A DNA stretch of 64,000 nucleotides from contig MU004238.1 in the NCBI GenBank assembly GCA_010405405.1, positions 1,809,530 to 1,873,529 of the forward strand, read 5' to 3'. Every line of letters starts with the position of its first letter. Positions within the stretch are counted from its first letter, which is position 1. The stretch is from Microthyrium microscopicum (lineage: Eukaryota). Positions 13,363 through 25,658 of the stretch are shown here, piece by piece. The position numbers and the translations under genes were made by a program. The notes below the pieces were generated by a model. That model was given only the letters and a program-made list of their open reading frames with translations, was not told the DNA's origin and did no database searches.

Positions 13363-13860
13363 ATGCGAGCCTGCCAACCTTGCAAGTGGAGAGAATTGAC
13401 TACTAGTTGCTGCTGCAAAGTCGGAGCTACAAGTCACTTGGAGTCGCTCTGGACCGGTAGTGCGGTACTTTCCAAGTCCATGCTTCCAGCGACGCGTGCG
13501 CAGGAGGTGTTTATGACCACCGCGGGAGTGCATAACACCGAGGAAATGGGAGTAATGAAACTCAAGAAGACGAAAAGCAGGAAGGACATCAGGAAGCGCA
13601 CAGTAAGTTCATCCACGTCTGCAAAATTGTCCACTGACATCCATTTGCAGAAACCGTACAACAAGCCACTGCCATCCGCCGAGGAGATCCCCTATTCACG
13701 GATCGTAGCAATACATGCTGATGCATCGACGACACTCCTCGCTTCATGGCTGCAGCAGAGAGCCGAGATGTCCGGTAATGACTGCACGAGATCAGGGGAT
13801 GGAACAGTCGCTATTAGGTCTATGATGAACTTGTGTACTCTCGAAACCGAGCTGAACTAA
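13363..13860 (+). CDS. Possible hypothetical gene or remnant
   Basis: 165-aa ORF containing a canonical in-frame 48-nt intron-like element (GTAAGT 13603 ... CTGAC ... CAG 13650). No recognisable domain. Confidence 0.25.
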   Translation: MRACQPCKWRELTTSCCCKVGATSHLESLWTGSAVLSKSMLPATRAQEVFMTTAGVHNTEEMGVMKLKKTKSRKDIRKRTVSSSTSAKLSTDIHLQKPYNKPLPSAEEIPYSRIVAIHADASTTLLASWLQQRAEMSGNDCTRSGDGTVAIRSMMNLCTLETELN

Positions 13861-14309
13861 AAGGCAGTGTCTTTGGGTCATTCCGGGACCTCCTTGTCTG
13901 TCGATTCGATATACCTTACTGAGACCTACCCCAATCCCTATTTCACTCTTTCCGTTCTTCTTGTTCCCTTTGCTTTTTCCACTGTGGGCTTTGTTTGGGC
14001 AACAAAGCCCACAGGGTCAACCGATAGGCAAAATAATTGGGATCCCCTGTCGAATTCGATGGCTCCCATATGACTCTGGCATCGAGTGCTTTATTTACCA
14101 TAAGCCGGTCCGACTTGGACGTTCTATCGGATACAATGGAGAATATGACACCGCTTAATTAATAGCGTTAGTGGGAGCTGACGAAGTTAATAGGAGAACG
14201 CAAATTATTTTCTCATGCCGTTGAGCGTATCACAATTCTGTCAAAGAAATAATGCCAATTTTGATTACTTTCTCATTGCGAAGTACTTTCTATGCGATTA
14301 GCATCATTA

Positions 14310-17300
14310 CTACAAGACATTGACTAACGGAGATAGTGAGTTCTGCTGCATTTCCGTATCCTCGTCCTCGCTGTGGTTTGGTCCGGTGCCGAACATTTGG
14401 GTATTTTCGTGCTCTTCGTAGATGGCGGCCCCTGTCTGAAAAAGGTCATCACTTGCCGGTCCTGTCATGCCATTATCTATCGAATGACTGTCATCTAGAA
14501 CTGGATCGCTCATTTGCATGATCTTTTCCCAATCAAAATGGCGAAGACTTTCGTCATAATCATCAATCACAAGCCCAGGCACAGCTGGTTCTCCAAGCTT
14601 TGAAGTATTGGTTGTGATGTGTTGGTCATACTGGACTACCTCTGTCGAGATGGCACCTCCAGGCTCGGCATCGCCTGCCACCGTTGTTGAATCCATGCTC
14701 GATCGTGCTGGGTGTTTCGTGATCGATTCCATGCTCGCTCGAGAGCGAGGATATGCATTGAGAAGTGCAGGATCCAAATTTTTAATATTGTTCTCGGTCA
14801 AGTCTGGTGGAAGAGAAACAAGGCCGTCAGAGGTCGAGGCCTGTCTCTCGTTGAAGTGGTCCTCGTTGTCTTGGTTTTCGAACTCTACCAATATCGTGTT
14901 GGGGTTGATCACGGATTCGAATTCGTTCTCGATCCATTGACGTACTAACAAGCTCATTCCTTCAGTGAACTCAGTCGATCGCGCTTCAATTTCTCTCTTC
15001 ACCCTGTCCAGTAACCGACGACGCAATTCAACGACCTCAGGTCTGCCCATTTTTGGGAATATTCTAGGAGGAGCATCTTCACCAACGTTAGCAGCCCGGA
15101 CTTGAACTTGACGCAACAATAGAAAGCTTACATGGGTCTGGTATGTTCTCGACGCTGTCGTTCGGAAACAGAATCTTGTACAGTTTCACCTATCTGTCAG
15201 GCTCGCTGAGGCCTTTCAAGCCTGCTCTGGACTTGAAATTCGCCTGTTCAGTCTCACTAAAGCCTAGAAATTGTCAGATTATTGTGCGGCACAGTATTGT
15301 ATGAGATCACTCGTTTGTATGCCAACATACTACTCCATCACAGTTTGGTTGAGTAGCAATATGTTATGGAACGCATAGAAGGTGTAAGTAGTGCTTGGAA
15401 GTAAGAGCTTACCACGAGACCGATCAAAGTCATCTTCATTAGGTTGACAAGGCACACTGGATACTGCATGTGCGTCGCGTGCTTGAGGATCTTCGAAATC
15501 TAATTTACAACGAGCGCACAGGATGAGTTTGTGTGCTCGTTTTACGTGCTCCCTGGTTGACTTGTTAGTTATAACTATTGCTACACCATGGCAGTGGGAG
15601 ATTTGCCACTTACTTGACTCGATGGGTATCTCGAAATCCCGACTTGCATCCCTTTCGATCCTGGTGTTTTTCTGGGTTTCTTTTGAGGTAAGGACAAGCA
15701 TACTCGCGCTGACCTTCAAGTGGACTGAGAGTATCACTCCTTGGACGCTTGTTGCGCCCATCTTCCTGCTCATCATCGTCATCCTCCGGTCCATTGCCTG
15801 AGTTCAATGGTCTTTTACCGGATAGTCCGGAGCGAGATGAAGATCGACTTATTTGAGGCTGTCCGTTGAAGCTAGGAGAAGTATTACCTGGACTATTATT
15901 TGTTGGCTGTCCTTCTGCGCAGAGCCTTGTTCCGTCGTGACTTGCGAAAATCTGGTTCGCCTGGTTCATCAGACGTAGCACAATGCCCTTTTGCAGCGAT
16001 CGAAGATAAGACTCTATCCACTGGTCATCGTCATTATTGCCATTGAAAGAGCAATCAGATGTGCTCTCATCGCTCATTGTGCTCGACGACAATTCAGATT
16101 TACCAGAACCACTCATTCCACTATCCATTGGGATCTCAACACGAAGCGACATTGCTCCCGCCTTGAGATAAACATTGGATTTCTGCGTGACGTCCTCATA
16201 GGGCTCAGCAGGACTGCTGACCTCTTTTGAATTGACATGGGAAACAGCTTGTCGGCTTACGGAATTAGAGGTAAGCTCAGGTTCATTGCCCAGCATTACC
16301 ACTGCGGGATTGGTATTCAATTCTAGAATCGGTTGAGGTTGTTTGACTTCATATGGCTCAAGGGTCTCTTGGGCGGCGAAACCGGTTTCGATTGTGTCTC
16401 GAAGCTCAGATCCGGTAGCAAAATCAAGTATATCAGAGTTAACACTCAAAAGAGGCTCCTGGACTTGTTGCATCAGCTCTGCGTCAGGCGAGGACCTCGG
16501 AATAGCGCCGTTTTCCTCGTAGCCAGTCGACTTCGTAGCATGAGCTTGCATCAAGTCATTGAGCCGACCACGTCCTGGCCTTGTTAGCAAGGAATTACGA
16601 ACCCAGGCTGCCGTACTGTTGGATTTGCTGCGTTTGAGATCCATCGATGTCTGATTCTCGTTTACACTCAAATACTCCAGTCCAGACGAGATCACATTCA
16701 CCCCGGCTCCGTCCTCGCCTGCGGTACGTTTGCTCAAGGTACTTCTGGAAGATACCTCGCTATCATACTCCACATCCACTTCATTTGTCTCAGGCAATTC
16801 TCTTTCAGGATCACGTATTCCCCGAAGACTACTATTTAAATGTGCTTGAACCCTCATAGAATTTGTCCGGAAAGTACCTGGATGAAGTGGAGGAGAACAA
16901 GTTCTTCGATCACTGTGACGAGCTCCTCGAGCCTTGGAACCAGCGAGATCAGGGAGAGAGCAGTTTGTGTTCATCGTGCGTAGTCGCGGAATAGGCGGAT
17001 ATTCCGCACCTGTTGGGCTATCCACAGATGCTCTGTTCCTTTTCTTTCGAAGTTGCTCAGGGTCAATAGCAGGTTCTGCGGACAAGGAAATCAGGGTCGT
17101 GGCTCTGGACAGAGTGCTTCGCGAAGATACGGTCGAATCTCGTCTAAACGGATACTCGCAGAAGGTTGTAGATCTTGAAGGTGAGTAGACCGATGGTACT
17201 GGCGGTGTCCTTGGCGATAACGGCGGGCTTGTTGCAGTTTCGGATGTAGAATACATCGATGAATGCTTGTCCTCAGGAAAGTGTATCGACTTTATCCTCT

Positions 17301-17764
17301 TCGTGAGCGGTTCCACCTCGTCGAACGACCGAGTATCACTACTCTGCTTAGCATCATCGGTCGTGCATGGCAGTTGCTCATTGTGGCTTTGGCTAGAAAG
17401 CTGCTGTGCAGGTATCCTCTCATCCACGACATAATCTTTCCAATGCGAAGCTTCAGCTAGCTCCGCTAGCAAAGCGCTCTCGTCATGTTTTAATGATATT
17501 CGTAGTTTAGACATTCGTGACCTCCATGTCCTCTTCGTCGATGTCAATGGGTCTCCAGGCCCTGGCTTGGTAACAGATCGTTCGCTTTCAGGGTGCGAAG
17601 AATTCGATTCTATCAAATCAGTCAATTTCAGTCAAAGCTATTAGCGACGATTGGTTCTCACTAAGCTTCTTTGTGTGTCGAAACGTTGGTTGTCTAGATA
17701 TAGCCTGAAGTAAGCGCTGCATTCCCGAGCCATCAGGCTGAGCTTCTCGAGTACGAAATGGCAT
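14310..17764 (-). CDS. Large low-complexity fungal protein with C2H2-like zinc-finger region
   Basis: Long Ser/Pro-rich ORF 15610-17625 ending YACPYLKRNPEKHQDRKGCKSGFRDTHRVK, spliced to EHVKRAHKLILCARCKLDFEDPQARDAHA. Further exons run to 14310. The start ATG at 17764 is tentative. Confidence 0.65.
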
Positions 17765-18724
17765 GGCGAGGGCAATGTTTCTGACAATGATAATATGATG
17801 AGAGGATTCGACGCTAAAACTAAAGATTCACTTCATTACAACGTATGAAGTATGGCAAACAATTTTATATCAAGAGGTTTGGATTGCTGGATACTCCACT
17901 CTCGTTGCTGAGGCCGGTGGGTCCATGGGTCCAAAAGCACTAATGGTTCGTGCAACAACAGCATCCAATCACTAACTAGAGACGCTCAATCGCTTGGAAC
18001 GTACCCGTTCTTCATGCATTAGCGGTGGTTTGGAACAGGCCTATTACACCCGTAGGTACTGTGGCGGAGCTCTATTCCTAGAACGACGACGAGTATATGG
18101 GTTGAGCATATGCACGATGATTCAATCTGCTATGCTTGATGAATCTAAAGAAGTGGTCTCAAACGAGAGCGTCACGTCTGGACCTTCAGATGGCATATTG
18201 ATTGCAGTGCGAAAGACAAGTATTGAGAAGAACAGAGGAGAATCAAGATCTAACAGTACATCAAAAGGGAGCTGGCGTCACTATTTGCTTTTGTTGGCAG
18301 CGCCTCATTTGTGCATTTCATCAGGCTGAGCTAGACCATTTCAAGCTAGCGCAGACAGCCTTGCGGCGGATGCCATCTACATTGCGCTCTTGCGCGTAAG
18401 TTCTTGCGCCCAATTTGAAGGCGTATGTCAAAGAGCATACTCTCAAATCGCCGCGGGGAGCGTATCTTCAACAGCACTTTCAAAGTTGCGAAAGTTCTCA
18501 AGAAATGCCCACCGCAGAAATGGCCAGGCAATACCATAAAACCCCGTTTGATGAAGCAGCAGCTTCATCATTCTTTTATATCAAGATAATAACATTATCT
18601 TTGACGTTTTCTCCGCTGTCCATACACTTGAAGTAAGCATTTTTGTGTTCGAAACTTCTCGCGAATTTGGAGAACTAATTGGATTCAGAGCGGTCTTATA
18701 TACCAACACTTCCATTTGGCCATA

Positions 18725-19092
18725 ATGCCCGCAAGCAGCTCGATGGGGCCATCCTGTAATTGTTGTCCTCACCGGTCAGTTTTGATTCCTTCTTCCTAGA
18801 TCTTAACCAACAATAGTTGGTCTAAAATGAGGCTATGTAACAGTCAACTGACGTATCACTTAGCACCTGCACCATGTCCGACACATATTCCATCAGGCGA
18901 TATTCAGATGAGCCAGCCTCAGTACAAGAGAGAATACTACGTCCTGATCCGGCGGCGCGGCGTGTCCGAGAGGACGCCACATTCCGGGCCATTGAAGAGT
19001 ACAGCAGAGCGGCTGGAGTTCTCTCACCGGCAGACAGAATCAACGATAAGATGATGAGGGAGCTTGACGATATTATTCGTGAAGCTAGATAG
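18725..19092 (+). CDS. Predicted 92-aa small protein with N-terminal Cys/His cluster
   Basis: TATA-like TTATATATA at about 18695, ATG 18725, and intron 18775-18863 (GTCAGT..CTGAC..TAG) joining in frame to ORF 18874-19092: MPASSSMGPSCNCCPHRTCTMSDTYSIRRY...IIREAR. Confidence 0.45.
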
Positions 19093-19266
19093 ACGTTGCT
19101 GTTGGTATCACCCTTTACGAGGAGGAGTTTTTGAAAAGGATTTGCTTATTCGATACCCATGTAGGTACTTAAAGTATATATCTCCTATTCTGTGTCGAAC
19201 AAGGAGCAATTTTTATTACCATTAAACCACCATATAACCATAGCATAACAACATTAAGATCTCCAT

Positions 19267-21297
19267 CTAGCTAAGATTGTTCTTTGTGTCCTCAAGATGC
19301 TTCCTGTCAGCCTCTTGTAAGGCGACGGTCTTCTTGGTGTACTTTCTCTTATCGATGGTTGGAATGAACAATGCGGCAATGCAACCTGTAAGACCAAAAG
19401 CCAATGCCACGTAGTAAGCAAGATGTGCGCCTTGTAGATATGCCTCTTTGTTGGCCAGCACAGCTGCGGCTTCGACTTGAGGATTGATGCCTGGAACCTT
19501 TGCATATGCGGCAGCAGTGCCAGTACCAGCGGCAACAATAAGAGCCTTCAGGTTGGTGGCCGGGAAGTTGAGCTTCGTTGCAGCGGCTGTAATGTAGCTT
19601 GGGAGCTCTGCCTTGTACTTATTCGCTGAAACGTTACCGAAAATGGCGATTGCGATGGATCCTGCCAGTAGGCGAGCGGTGCCAGCAATACCAGCCGCCG
19701 TTCCGATATCTTCTTGATAGACAATACCAAAACCAACCATGACAAGACAGTTAAGGATGACTAAACTTGTGCACATGGAGATGATGACACTGAGTATGAT
19801 TGATTTCGCGTGGTTTTCCACGCTGGCGGTCGACATGGCACCGATGCAAGCCGTCTGTAGTGCAATTGAAAAGAAGACCTGCCATCTTTGATGGCCAATT
19901 TTCTTGGAAAACATTATTATGATTCCTCCGACTATATTGCATTAGAACTGACATCACCGAAAAGATCAAGATTGGATCAAACTTACAGATGGTTCCTAGT
20001 GAAAGGGCTTCACCATACAATCCTTTTTGAATGTCTGTAGTAGCATATACAAGCTGTGACATACGTGGCCACTATATACATGTTAGTGTGTGACAATGTT
20101 TTTGGACTGTGAATACTCGTACAAGAGTAGCTTGGCTGTAGTATTGCATGCCGGCGATAGCCATAGCGACGATTGGCATGGTAAAGCTAATATGGGATCA
20201 GTCTCATTCATACTGTTTTTGAGATTGGATACTCACTGTCGAACTTGTTTGAAAAGCCGTGGTGGTAGTAATGGTTCCGTTATTTTACCATATCGTTCAT
20301 AGAAGCCAAGACCAATGAGGGTGCAGAATCCAACCACGATAGGAGCGATTGTCGCAGCACTTTTCCATGGATGAAGACTTCCACCCCATGAAAGTCCACA
20401 GATGAGAAGAGTGCAACCCGCAACGAAAAGAAACAGACCGATCCAGTCAAACTCTTTCAAAAGCTGCAGTTTTGTCTTGCCATCAGCGCGATGCTTTGTT
20501 TTGAATGCTGGCGGATTGTAGAAGAAGAACAAGAAGATTATGTTAAGGGCTTGGAAACCTATCATCATGTAGTAACAGTTTCGCCAGTTCCCGGTGAGGT
20601 CAATGATCGCCCAAGAGGTCAACGGCATCATCTGAGCAATGATAGAGGAGGCATCGAATAAACCAATCGTAACCATGCGCCATTCAGCAGGCACGATTTC
20701 CTTGGAAAGTAGTTAGAACTGTGAAGCTATGTAAGATATGGCTGATGACCTACCTGGACAGCACCAAATGACATTTCCAAGAAACCAGAGCCGGCACCAA
20801 ACAATGCTCCTCCTGCAATCATTTGCGGTATACTTTTGCCCGTTGCACTAACAACACTGCCAATCAGGATTATGCAGCTGCCAGCGATGAAGAACCATCG
20901 ACGACCAAAGATGTCCGAGAGACGACCTCCTACTGTGACGAAGATGGCGCCTCCTAGATTCCAAGAGATAGTGATCCAGGTGTAGGTCGGATCTGGTCCA
21001 AGTTCAGCGTTGATGAAGCTTAGAATGGCCGGTGGAATCAACAGTGTGAACAGATAAGCATTATAACACATGCCCATAGCCTATAATTCCAAAGTCAATT
21101 TGGGTCAAGATTATGGTTTAATCACTTACACAAGCAGCCATAATGGTTCTCCATGTCATACCAACTTCGTAACCCGTTGTTTCCAAGTGACGAATGATGG
21201 CCTCTTGTGCATCGCCCTCCCGGGCTGGAGATGTGGTGCTCGAGCGGTCGACATTGTCGACATGCTCAAGAGCTGCTTTCTCGTGAATTTCTGCCAT
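19267..21297 (-). CDS. MFS transporter, fungal TRI12 (trichothecene efflux pump)-like family
   Basis: MFS motif A (GRLSDIFGRRWFF), LINAELGPDPTYTW, WRNCYY...FFYNPP, FDWIGLFLF...GLSWGG..HPWKSA, and many TM segments across exons. Confidence 0.88.
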
Positions 21298-22419
21298 GCT
21301 TTCAAAGTGCAAAAAGAAACAGAACCTTGGAGGGAAACTCTTGAGAGCGACAGCGCGCCTGGATAATTATATATCTTTGAGCTTTACCACCCTCTTGGAT
21401 CCATTCATTCCGATTTCTAAGCTACTGCCATCTCGCAAGACTACTCTATTGACTAGCGCTTCTCCACACTGCATGACCCCAGATTATTGGCAAGGCTGTA
21501 GGTTCGTAGAATGATAATGAAGATGTTTCCCGGGTCGCTAGTGAAGCTAAGGATACGCTCCTTCGGGTTGGGCACGCGAAAGCTTACTTCTCTGGGTCAC
21601 TTGGCGGATATAGAGGCGGATCTAGAGGCGGAACCAGTACGGTAGGCCAAGGAAATGAACGAATGATTGGACGCGGAAAATGTGCTTCCAAAACCTAAGG
21701 GTCGGTGAAGTTGCGAGGAGACCAAAATGAGGAAGCATCGGAAAAGCACATCCATTATCGCCACCATGTTACTGGCGTTCATCAGGGATATCCTTTTCCT
21801 CCGATTATTCTCATTACTATGACCAATAACATCGAAGAGCACAATTTATAAATGCTGATTTTTCTCAAGTGTCATGTTGGAACAATACTTCATTTGATGG
21901 ATGCAAGTTGTGGAAACAAGACCAGAGATCAGCGAGTCTAAAGGTAGAGAAGGTCAGCACAGCGAGCTGCAAAAGCTAACAACCAGTATCCAGCAATCCG
22001 GAAGACGCGCTATTTTGGGACTAACTTGTTAGGCTAGGCACGGGACCTTGATTATCTCTACCAAAGGACCACATTCCCGGGTCAATCAAGGTCTGGACTT
22101 TGGTAGGCCTCAGCCCAGGAACCAAGATCCTATGGCGACGAGGACATAAATGATCATCTGCAGCCTTGCCATGATCGAAATGTACCAATAACAATATGGT
22201 ATTGTTAGCTTGTTGCTCGGATTTGAAGCTTGACATGCAAAAGTGACCTCTTGGACGCTGACTCAATATAAACCACCCTGATTATCGAATTCCGCAAGCG
22301 AGATATCTGAAAAGTAAAGCGCCAGAGTTTATTCTACTAAACAAGGGTCCAAGTGATCCTGAATGGCTTAACCGTTCGCATCTAGTGTCTCCAAGTGAAT
22401 TTCCAACCACCTTTGCAGA

Positions 22420-23339
22420 TCATGGACCAGTGATACTCTGGATATCGTCCAGTCTTCTGGTCTCGATCCATGCAATGGCTTCCTTTCTATTCCGACACAT
22501 GTGTGCCTGTCCTCCACCTCTACTGTCAAGCAATGATTCTGAGCCTTCTAGCGTCATGTCGGCTGAACAGAGTATCTGATTTCGGAGATACTCAAAACAA
22601 TGTGCGGCATGATCATCATTCCTTTCTCCGTCAAATCCAAAAGACCCATTAACGACCAGTTGGTGGTATGTATCCACACTATAGTACAGACAATGCAAAG
22701 CATGCGTCCACGATGCTTCGTATAGGGGACCAGACCTGATAGGATCATCAAGGATTGGTTTACCTAACAAAGGATACTGTTCATGTTCCGGAATTGCAAC
22801 GCTTCCACTTCCCACTGCCTCTAGGTTAGCTAAATTTTCCTTTGGCAAAACACGGCATTTCTTGATTAACTTACATGGCATCAGTAGATCCCAGTTCTTT
22901 CTCACCTCCATCCTATTGACATTGGAAGCCATATCTGGTATGAAAGCAGATTCATTTGAAGTAAGTATTGTGTAGGTGTGTGATTCTATCAAATATTAGG
23001 AGAAGAAACTTGGAAGAATAATAGGACGTTACTTGGAATATAGAGACCATTCACGTCGCCTCCTGTTTCTGTTTCTGAAGTCTTCCATTCTACTTCGCGG
23101 TCCGAGTTTTCATTCCGCAATAGTAAAATTATTATCGCAGTTTGTAGTATAGTAATAGTTGCCCAACGAAACCATACCAACAGAGAGGAAAGATTTTGGA
23201 AGCGCGGATATCCTCTGCGCCTCAGAGAAGTCTTTCTGCGCTTACCATCAGAAGTCAAGGTCGAGTCAGAGCAATACTCCAAGTCAAGAGCCTCCATATT
23301 AAGAGGTGTGTACTCTTGCTTGTTGTTGGAGGATTCCAT
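22420..23339 (-). CDS. UstYa-like / DUF3328 oxidase (copy 1)
   Basis: N-terminal TM anchor (WFRWATITILQTAIIILLL), WDLLMP, two HxxHC motifs (HALHC, HAAHC) followed by FEYLRNQILCSADMTLE and HMCRN. Introns at about 23032-22986 and 22874-22815. Confidence 0.93.
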
Positions 23340-23881
23340 AGAGAGTTACTTGGGAACTAGATTGGAGAGTGAGCTGTCTTGCAATACTTGGAGGCTACCA
23401 AACCCGACTCGTTGAGCTTTCGTGGGAAGAAGAGCAGACAACCATATTGCTGCGTGTCGTCCATGTTCCACTCAATTGTTTTGGTGACGAAAGTGATTAC
23501 GAAGGAGCAAGCTTTACTGGCACTGGGAAAATGTTTCTAACAGTTCTGTTTCAGTTCCTGCCAAAAGAATGCTTATTTCCTGTGCCGCGCGCAGCCAAAC
23601 AATTGAAACATAGGCGCCCAATCCAACAAAAAGATCAAAACACTGAAACACTGAACACTGCAGCCTGTACTGACATCCACGCCATATCCTGATGCAACGA
23701 CCCCGAATCCATCTGGCGCCTTTCCACAAATCCGAGTCCGCCCTGAGAAGAAAAGAAACAATGGTAACGTTCAGAGCTGGCGACGCATTGAGTAAGCATA
23801 ATGACCTGTTTATCAGTAATTGCCTCACGTTTGAGGCATACGAAATTATTTGAAGAGGTAAACGTTGGTTTTATGTCATTA

Positions 23882-24843
23882 TCAGAATTCATCTGGCTGT
23901 TCCATGTTTCCCACTGAATTTTTCAATCCCCACTGCCGTACTTTATCAAAATTCCGGCAAGTATGATGTGAGTTCAACTCAGGCCATGGCAATGGGTCGC
24001 CCTCGAGCATGTAGAACGTGAATACTCCAATGTCGGCATTACACTGCGTATTGACTCGAAGAACTTCCAGGCAATGATCTGGGCAGCTATCAGTAACAAA
24101 AAATCTCAATGTGAAAGGCTGCATTACCTGTGTGCATTTGTAGTTCTTCGCCACTGACCGCAAGATTTCCAATCTCAATTTCTGTATAATACTCTTTGTA
24201 TGTTACTTGACGAAGCAGGTTGATGCAATGCAGTTGATGGAAGACTTCAAGCCCAACCCTATAGCCTTCTACTCCAGTTTTGGGGTTCTTCACTTTCAAG
24301 CTATCTTTTGGCATGTTGATGATATCAAGCTCTTCCGGAGAAATCATTTGGTCACCAACTGGATAAATCAGAAAAATAGTTCATTCTAGTCATAAATAAC
24401 TTACTATCGTAAGAAAGTGCATCCCATGCTTTATCAACTTCCGGGCCTTTGCCGGTGTAGGGGGATTTCTTTCCCATTGTGAAGTTGAATTTCACATTCT
24501 CATATTCAACAGCCTCCACAGCGGGTGCTAGATACGTTGTTAGATCAGTTACTTTAGATCTGTTCCAGAGACACTCACAATATGCTGAAAAACGTCTCAC
24601 ATGCTCTGCTGTTGAGATATGTCTAAAATACGTTGCTGTGAACATTGTAAAAGAAAGCGAAAGGAGTACGGCATGCACCAGCCACAACCACCTGGACTGG
24701 AATCCTTGACTGTCATGAGATATTTTGGAGACTTCTTCGTGCAGCAATGTCAAATCTGAGGAAGAGGAAATTGAAGTACGATTTCGATAGCCATCATGAT
24801 ATTTCTCTTCCTCCTTTCGAACTGGTTGATAGGTTTGAGACAT
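23882..24843 (-). CDS. UstYa-like / DUF3328 oxidase (copy 2)
   Basis: TM anchor (WLWLVHAVLLSLSFTMF), Y|SPAVEAVEY, SPYTGKGPEVDKAW, LEVFHQLHCINLLR, HT|DHCLEVLRVNTQCNAD and HTCRNFDKVRQW. Four exons. Confidence 0.95.
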
Positions 24844-25658
24844 TTCTGTGGATTCGAAAATGTGTAAAATTTTGATCAATGAATACTTGTCGATGAAGAA
24901 TTATGAAAGATTCAAGAAATGGGTAGCGGCCCCGTTATTGCGATGCGATGTAGTTACAAACGGGACATGAACTTACAAACACAAGCTTTCTTATTTCAGG
25001 GCCAAGACTGCGAGGCGCCGTATCATGCTCAAAAGAATTGTTTTTTTGTTCTTGGGATTGCACGCCTGAGCGGGTAGTTCGTGTGGTGGAGAGCGCCTAG
25101 ATTTGAAACATATGGAGTTGCAACAGTCATGTCAACATGCAGGGTAATGGGGTTGAAATCCACTGAGATATCTCGGCTACATCTCCTCCGCAATTAAGAT
25201 TATCTTTTCACCAGATCGTCTGCAAGCCATTTCAAGCATACGCCGGAATGGCTCAGATGTGACACTATTACCCATGTGGCATTATGGGGCTTTTGACAGC
25301 TTTAACAAACTGTTTGGCAGCCAAGTGAGCGGGTGGACAACCTCTGTCAGAATGTTTCGACAAACGCTGTCTCGTAATGTTTGACATTATGACAACTTGC
25401 GTTGTTTTACTAACCTGAGGATGCACCACACTGAGCAATCCAATAAGAGCTTGCAATGGATAGGAGTACATGATCCTTTTCCTGTCGTTCGTATATAGGC
25501 ATGACAGTCAAGCCATTCCATTTAAGAGTACATCTGCTCCAATTTCTTGGCTTTTTCATCATCCTCACTATCTTTTGACTTCAACGACCTCGCTGGTTCG
25601 ACAATTTACATTCGCTTTCACTGCAGGACAGTCAGTCATTCATACTTCAACCTTCGAT

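Noticed and set aside
24844..25658. Shared cis-element in the divergent DUF3328/precursor promoter
   Set aside because: Only short repeats (e.g. TTACAAAC x2) were seen, and none convincingly recurs upstream of the other cluster genes by eye.
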